Assembly (NCBI RefSeq): GCF_009914755.1
Contig: NC_060937.1
From: the human T2T-CHM13v2.0 reference genome, Homo sapiens
DNA: 64,000 nucleotides
Strand: one strand, 5' to 3'
Shown: piece after piece, positions 56,195 to 64,000 of the stretch
How positions within the stretch are numbered: position 1 is the first letter of the stretch
Layout of the letters: every line of letters begins with the position of its first letter
Program-made: the position numbers and the translations under genes
Notes under the pieces: model-generated
Told to the model about the DNA's origin: nothing
Databases searched by the model: none
The model's input: the letters and a program-made list of their open reading frames with translations, nothing else

Positions 56195-57460
56195 AAAAAG
56201 GAGTGGGGAGAGGTCTTTATTCTTCCAAAAATATCAATGCCATAAAAGACAAAGACGGCTATGGAAATGTTACAGATTGAAGGAGACTAAAGTTAAATGC
56301 AAGAAAGGAAAAAATGGCATATAGGACAGTATTGAATTGACTGACAAAACTGGATTACAATAGTAAAGTATCAATGTTAAACTTGCTGAAGTTGCTAACT
56401 GTATTTCTTAGGAATTATTCACCTAAGAATTTAGGCACACAGATATGATGTATGTAAGTTACCCTTAAATGGCTTAGAAAAAAATGTGTGTATATTCATT
56501 TACATACGTATCTACACACACGTGTATTAGCGGAAGAGAGCAAGGCACACATGTGCATAAGTGATAAAGCAAATGAGATGAAATCTTTATTTTTAAATTT
56601 AATTTTGTAAGTTTCAGCTTTTTAAAATTTTAGATTCCGGGGATACACGTGCAGTTATTACTTGGGTATATTGTGTGAAGCTGAGGTTTGGACCTCTAAT
56701 GTTCCTGTTGCCACAACAGTGAACACAGTACCCAGCACGCAGTTTTTCAGCCCTTGCCCCCTCCCTCCCGCTCTCCCTCCTTGCTTTTGGAGTTCCCAGT
56801 GTCTACTGTTCCCATCTTTATGTCCATGTGTACCCAAGGCTTATCTCCCACTTACAAGTGAGAGCATGCAGTATTTAGTTTTCTTGTTCTGCGTTAGTTC
56901 CGTTAGGATAATTGCCTCCAGTTACATTCATGTCACTGCAAAGGATTTGATTTCATTCTTTTTAATGGCTGTGTAGTATTCCATGTTGTATATGTAACAC
57001 ATTTTCTTTATCCACTCATCAATTAATGGGCACTTACATTGATTTCATGTGTTTGCTATTGTGAACGGTGCTGCAATGAACATCTGAGCGCAGGTGTCTT
57101 TCTGGCAGAATGATTTATTTTCCTGTGGGTATATACCCAGTAATGGGATTGCTAGCTCAGATAAGTATTTCTATTTTTAGTTGCTCTCCACAGGGGTAGA
57201 ACTAATTTGCATTCCCACCAACGGCGTGTAAGTGTTCCCTTTTCTCCACGGCCTCGCCAACATACGTTCTTTTCTGATTTTTAATAGTAGCCATTTTGAA
57301 CTGGTAAGAGATGGTGTCTCATTGTAGTTTGGCTTTGCATCCAAATGAGACAAAATCTTAATGACAGGTGAATCTAGGTAAAAGGCATACAGACGTTCTT
57401 TGTGTTGTTTTTTTAACTTACATTTGAAGTTATTTTCAAATGAAAAATAAAAGCAAGCAA
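56195..57460 (+). mobile_element. Old L1M(C/E) 3' fragment split by a younger antisense L1
   Basis: 'ccataaaagacaaaga..cagattgaaggagactaaag' and 'gtatcaatgttaaa', resuming after 57341 with 'ggtgaatctaggtaaaagg'. Confidence 0.7.
56590..57341 (-). mobile_element. L1PA15/16- or L1PB-like 3' end (5'-truncated)
   Basis: 'tttagattccggggatacacgtgcag', 'atggctgtgtagtattccatg', 'gggtatatacccagtaatgggattgct'; ~18-bp TSD caaatgagatgaaatctt (56570-56587) / caaatgagacaaaatctt (57342-57359). Confidence 0.9.
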
Positions 57461-57903
57461 AAAAAGGTCATTCTTCATCTAGTAAACTCTTCAAAGATTA
57501 CCACCCCCTTCAACAGTTTTTCCTGGTTCTAGTGTGAGTCTTCTCCCATTTGTTTAGATCTTTGTTGAAATGTAGTCTCAGATAAAAAATTATATTTTTA
57601 TTTCTTTTACATATTTCAAACAATCTAAATTCTTTTTAAATGAAACTCATTAAAAATACTGCATTTGTTTCTAAATAAAATGGTAGAGGTAATTTGCACC
57701 TTTCCAAACAGAAGCAATAGGAGCAACCCAGATGTTCTAGCCACGATCCAAGTCAACCACATTCAATCTAAGAAGTAATTGAAGGCTGTAACGACTTCTG
57801 TAAGGCCTACAAAAATGAGTTCAGACACAAGCTCTGCTCAGTAAAAATCTAGTGGCAGATGATATATACAATGATCTGAGAAAAAGGCAGAATCAACAAA
57901 GGT

Positions 57904-58423
57904 TGTATTTTTATCTATTGCTGCGTAGCATATTTCCTTAACTTTAGTAGCTTGAAACAATAAACATTTATTATTTCATAAAGTTTCTGTGGTCAGAAAT
58001 CCAGGAGCAGCTTAACTGGGTGGATCTGGCTCAGCTGTAGACAAGATGTCGGCTGGGACGGCCGTCCTTTGAGGGCTCTGAGGGCTTTGAGGGCTGCACG
58101 ATCCAATTGCAAGGTGGCTCACTCACATACTAGGCAAGTTACTGCTGGGTGCTGGGAGGAGACCTTAGTTTCTTATCACATGGACCTCTCCACAGGGCTG
58201 CTGGAATGTCCTCATGACCTTCCCCATAGTGAGTATTCCAAGACAGGAAAGTGGAAGCCACAATGTCTTTCATGACCTAGCCTCAAAAGTGACATACTGT
58301 CATTTACACAATATTCTACTGGTTGTACAAGTTAATCCTATTTAGTCTGGGAGGGGACTGCATAAGGGCATGAGTAACAAGAGGCAAGAATCCTTGGGGG
58401 CCATCTTGGAAGCTGGCTACACA
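57904..58423 (-). mobile_element. MLT1F-type MaLR LTR
   Basis: 'atttattatttcata..tctgtggtcagaaatccaggagcagcttaactgggtgg', 'aaggtggctcactcacat', 'gggccatcttggaagctggctacaca'. Confidence 0.82.
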
Positions 58424-59471
58424 GAAGAGAAAACACCAGGGGAGTGCGAAGAAGGTGCAATTAAACTCAATTCCTTGGTATGCCAATGGTAAGAAATATT
58501 AGGTGATCTCTGGGGTGTAACCTTTTTAATTTAGTTCTTCACTGAATAATCTGGCCAGTAATTGTAATACAAAATACGGCACTCTGACAATATTCTCTCC
58601 CTTTATAATCAATTACACACCAGAATATATATAAAGAAAGACTTACAAAGTCACAAGTAATTGTTTGGTATTATTTTTATAATCACATACTAGGGCCCTA
58701 CAATTAGCATTCACAAACATCACTCCATGTTGGCCAGATAAGTCTGTCTTTATAGTGGTTTACCATACGCGCCTTAGCATGAAGTTACATGTGGTTTCCT
58801 TAGCCATCAGATGCTCCAAATGCAAAAAATGTCTCACCACAGTCACAGAATCATGGAATCCTAAAGTTACCTGGGGTTTCTGAAAATCTCATGGGAACAA
58901 CTCACGAGAATTAAGGCTTAAGAAAGTGATTTATCAAAGAACAAAACCAGCAAGACTTGAGTTTAGAACTCGCAGCAGAGTTGTGACTAGAACCTGTTGA
59001 AATAGGCAATGTAGAAACCCAGACTAAGGCACATTCTCTACAACTTTACTATGCAAGTATGCTTAGATACTCCTTAGCAAACAGCAGGCCTTGAGTAAAT
59101 TCTTTCAGAACTGAATACACAAAGGATACAGAACGGAATACACTAACAATAGTGCATGATGTGCTCATGTCTGTAATAGAAATGAATTAATTCTGATCCA
59201 TCTATAATTTATTATTGCTCCATGATTAACGGAAGGCATAGGAAAGATGACTGGAATAGTGTAACTAGTACAAACAAGTATTACACTTGACTGAACCTCA
59301 TTACACTGCAATTGCATATTATATAGTATGTAGGTGAACAAATACTGGGTTAGTCAGTGGACCTACATTTGAATACTGGTTCTGCTCCTAGACAGCTGTA
59401 CGATTTGAATGACTTCTTTATATTTTCATAGTTTCTCTGTTCTTCTCTGTAAAACAAAGGCTTAGAAGATA

Positions 59472-59914
59472 TTATGGGTTAGATTATGCCCCTTACAAAA
59501 GATGCTGAAGTCCTAAACTACAATACCTGTGAATGTGACTTTATTTGGAAATAGGGTCTTTGCAAGTGATAAAGATGAGGTCATGGAGTGACCTAATCCA
59601 ATACGACCAGTGTCCTTATAAAAAAAAAGGAAATTTGGATACAGATACACACAAACAAGGAGAATATCAAATGAACATGAAGGCAGAGACCGGGGCGGTA
59701 CATCTACAAGCCAAGGGACACCAGAGATTTTCAGCAAATCACCAGAAGTTAGGAAGAGTCATGGGACAGGTTCTCACAGTCCTCAGAAGAAACCCACCAT
59801 GTCAATACATCATTTTGGACTTCTAGTCTTCAGAACCGTAAGAAAATAAATTTTTGTTGTTCAAGCTACCCAATTTGTGGTACTTTGTTATAGCAGTCCT
59901 AGCAAACTAATACA
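59472..59914 (+). mobile_element. MLT1B/C-type MaLR LTR
   Basis: 'tacctgtgaatgtgactttatttggaaatagggtctttgca'...'ttgttatagcagtcctagcaaactaataca'. Confidence 0.87.
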
Positions 59915-61544
59915 AATGAGCTCTTAACACTGGTCTAAAATAGGATAATCCTATGAAATGCTACAAATGTTTGGGAAGATTTCTCATACTCAACTGTTTA
60001 CAGTATACCACAAGCCTGTCAGTTGAAGATACAAACAAACCCTCTATAATCCTCTATACTTATATGCAAGGAACAGCACACTTTTTCTGCAAAAGGTCAG
60101 ATAGTAAACATTTTAGGCTTTGTGGGCCAAACAAGGTTTCTGTTACATTTTTTTTTTATAACTCCTTAAAAATGTAAAAATCACCCTCATCCCAACGGAC
60201 TACAGGAACAGACCTCAGGTCACATTTGACTCATAGCCTGACCCCTGGTGTGTAGGGTTAACAAGCCTCCTTTCCCTGGGCTCCTTTCTCTTTCAGCATT
60301 CCAAGCCAAAGGAAACTATCTTTTTCAAATCATTTTCTCTCCTAGGTGGGACATCTTACACCAGCCCAGGCATGCTTCCGATAGCCTTAGAGTAGCTGTC
60401 CCTTCCTCAGAATTACTGTCTAATTGGCTAGAAGTTAGCAACTTTTTACATTTTTCCTTCAATTCCTTTCCATTAAGAAGAAGGCATGCACCGGCAAATT
60501 ACTTGTGACTATCAATGACATACTCTCAGAAGCACCAGTACCCCTGTGTTGTTTCTAAACCCATTCTAATAGACACATACCCCAAGGTTATGCTGTTTGT
60601 CATCTCACAAAATGACTTACATCTAGAGATTTAAATAATTAATGTACTTTTCATAACTACCAGGTACAGTAGATCTGATAATGGCAGAGCTAAGCACATA
60701 TACAGAAAGTAGGGCAAGGGCCAGAGACTCATTTTAAAGCAATGTTACAAGATCGTCACTGTTGCTTTTCATTTTTCTAAATGTGGCCACTGCTGTTTTC
60801 TCACTAAAGGAAATGTTTTATGTAAAGTGAATAACAGTACCTGGCATAAAATAGGTGCTCAATAAATGTTAAGGCCTTCTCTCCCTCTTCAACTGGCCTC
60901 CTCATTTTTCACAAAGTGAAATAGAAAAACAACATGGAAGATAATCCTGTTGCTTAGGAAAAATAACTAAAGCTTGCTAGACAAAATACACCTGAAAATA
61001 TAGGAAGTGAGCTATAGCTGGCCTATATGCATGTATGTTGGAACAGGACAAGATAGTGTAGGGTGGGGTGAAGAGGACAGAGAAATGGAAGGAAAGGGGC
61101 TACAGCCTTGGTGGCAAAATAAAGGATAAGACGACTCTTTTAAAATGGTCTATTTCAAATGCTGGGTTGTGAAACTTAATTTGATTACTTCATGAGAAAC
61201 AGCATCTATAATCCATCCCTGATTTTTCTACAACAAAAATTTATTATTTATTTTATGTTTGTGTGTAGATCTTTTATATATATACATGTACACACGTATA
61301 TGTATATATTATATATGCATATGCATATATATGTGTATATACATATATAATATATTGTGTGTGTATGTGTGTGTATATATAATTTTTTTAAAGGAATGGG
61401 GTCTCACTATGTTGCCCAGGCTGGACTTGAACTCCTGGGCTCAAGCAATCCTCCACCTCAGCCTCCCAAGTAGCAACCAACAGTTTTAGTTTTGAAAAAA
61501 TAACAAATATTAAACACCCATGTGTAAGGGTTGGTACTGGGCCC

Positions 61545-62270
<726 letters not shown>

Positions 62271-62974
62271 GCCTAGACCTTAATTTGTCAACACTACAGT
62301 TAGATTTATAGTATAGTAACTGCATCTGTGCTCATCTAAATGTCATACCCAAATGAAATAATATAGCATGATGATCTGAATTTATTAAAGGCAATTTTTC
62401 CTATAGAAACCCAAATCTATAAATTATATACAAACTGTGGTAAGTTACTCGATACCTTGCCAGGACTCATCTATGGTGGTAGATAGACCACAAAGAGTAC
62501 CACTGAAAGATCCCTTTCCTAATCACAGTTTCCTCACTGGCTTGCCACAAAACCTAAAATTCTTCTATTCTTTCATTGGCAATTTATTTCCCCTGAAAAT
62601 GTAAATAATCTCTGGCAGAGCAATCTATTAAGTGATCATCAGCCACTAACACCTTAGGGTAGAACAGCTCAGATCACAGTCTTAAAATAAATTCCATCAG
62701 TATGAAATTTTCTTTATTACTGCTCCGCTACTGGAATGTTAGATCACTGTCTGCTTTAATAATAATTCTGGTGTAGGTCATTCAAATTTTGTTTAAGATA
62801 ATAAGACAAATAGCAGGTATAAAAACATTCCGTCATCTAATAAAGCAACCCGAGAACAGTAAGAAGAACGTGATGAAATTAACATTTTTGAGTACCTGCT
62901 AGGAATCAAGTATTCTGCTAGATATTTTAGAAATCATCTCAATTCAATCCTAAAAATTATTCTGTATAATAGTA

Positions 62975-63220
62975 TAGGTTGAGTATTCCTAATCCAAAAA
63001 TCTGAAGCTTTTTTTTTCCTGAGACGGAGTTTTGCTCTTGTTGACCAGGCTGGAGTGCAATGGCGCAATCCTGACTCACTGCAACCTCCGCCTCCTGGGT
63101 TCAAGTGATTAGGGATACTCAACTGGCTAAATATAATGCAAATATTTCAAAATCTGAAAAAACCCAAATCTGAAACACTTCTGGCCCCAAACATTTCAGG
63201 CAAGGGACACTCAAGTTGTA
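62975..63220. mobile_element. Tigger4a/MER46A (TcMar) element with an internal antisense Alu fragment (63008-63108)
   Basis: Termini 'taggttgagtattcc' / 'gggacactcaagttgta' with TA flanks; internal 'aaatctgaaacacttctggcccc'. Confidence 0.78.
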
Positions 63221-63303
63221 TTAATCCCATTTTACAGAAGAAGAAACAGGCTCAGATAAATGAACATCTCAGAGCTTGTTGATAGCAAAGGAGAGATTGA
63301 AAC

Positions 63304-63764
63304 TGTCAGGCCTCTGATCCCAAGCCAAGCCATCACTTCCCCTGTGACTTGCATGTATACATCCAGATGGCCTGAAGTAACTGAAGATCCACAAAAGAAG
63401 TAAAAATAACCTTAACTAATGACATTCTACCACTGTGATTTGTTTCTGCCCCACCCTCACTGATCAATGTACTTTGTAATCTCCGCCACCCTTAAGAAGG
63501 TTCTTTATAATTTCCCCCACCCTTAAGAAGGTTCTTTGTAATTCTCCCCACCCTTGAGAATGTAATTTGTGAGATCCACCGCTGCCCGCAAAACATTGCT
63601 CTTAACTTCACCACCTATCCCAAAACCTATAAGAAGTAATGATAATCCACCACCCTTTGCTGACTCTCTTTTCTGACTCAGCCCGCCTGCACCCAGGTGA
63701 AATAAATAGCCATGTTGCTCACACAAAGCCTGTTTGGTGTCTCTTCACATGGACACGCATGAAA
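63304..63764 (+). mobile_element. Solo HERV-H LTR (LTR7B / type II-like)
   Basis: Starts 'tgtcaggcctctga.cccaagccaagccatc'; ~31-bp U3 tandem repeats 'ccacccttaagaaggttcttt'; TATA-like 'cctataagaa'; AATAAA; ends 'gcatgaaa'; exact TSD gaaac at 63299-63303 and 63765-63769. Confidence 0.93.
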
Positions 63765-64000
63765 GAAACCCTACCTGGTTCTGTGTCTTACCTGTTGGGG
63801 GCCTGTGGTCAAACTACTAGTACGGAGTTTTAGTGTCCTCACTTTAAAAATGAGGGTTGTAAGGTAACTACCTACTTTTTATAGCATTGTAGTGAAGTTG
63901 AAATGAATTAATCCACATATATTATAGTGTGGTAGAATGCAGCAGAACTGATGATGTATGACTTCTAAGACTAGTCCTTAAGAGACCTGCAGTTTTTGCT

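Noticed and set aside
63470-63570. ~31-bp direct repeats resembling a CRISPR-like or novel array
   Set aside because: They are tandem with no unique spacers and are the known U3 repeats of HERV-H type II LTRs; the DNA is eukaryotic.

Overview
Primate (almost certainly human) non-coding genomic DNA, rich in Alu, L1, L2, MIR, LTR and hAT/Tigger repeats. There is no intact protein-coding gene, RNA gene or CpG island that I can support. Three processed pseudogenes are recognisable by translation: RBM22 (minus, ~310-5905), MFAP1 (minus, ~3377-5412) and PTPN2, TC45 splice form (plus, 16066-17883). From recall, this combination fits human 13q12.3 (RBM22P2, MFAP1P1, PTPN2P2) in the HMGB1-USPL1 interval; that placement is inferred, not shown. 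The most striking structure is a nested retrotransposition stack. The MFAP1 retrocopy sits inside the RBM22 retrocopy, splitting its CDS near codons 38-43, and carries its own Alu monomer, while three more Alus and a 400-bp microsatellite interrupt the RBM22 copy. Other notable items are a 61-bp templated copy of a nearby L1 segment, a solo HERV-H LTR7B-type LTR with an exact TSD, and closely spaced inverted Alus. I found no evidence for a new biological system. Parent-gene and repeat-consensus comparisons are from memory, and repeat boundaries and subfamily calls are approximate.
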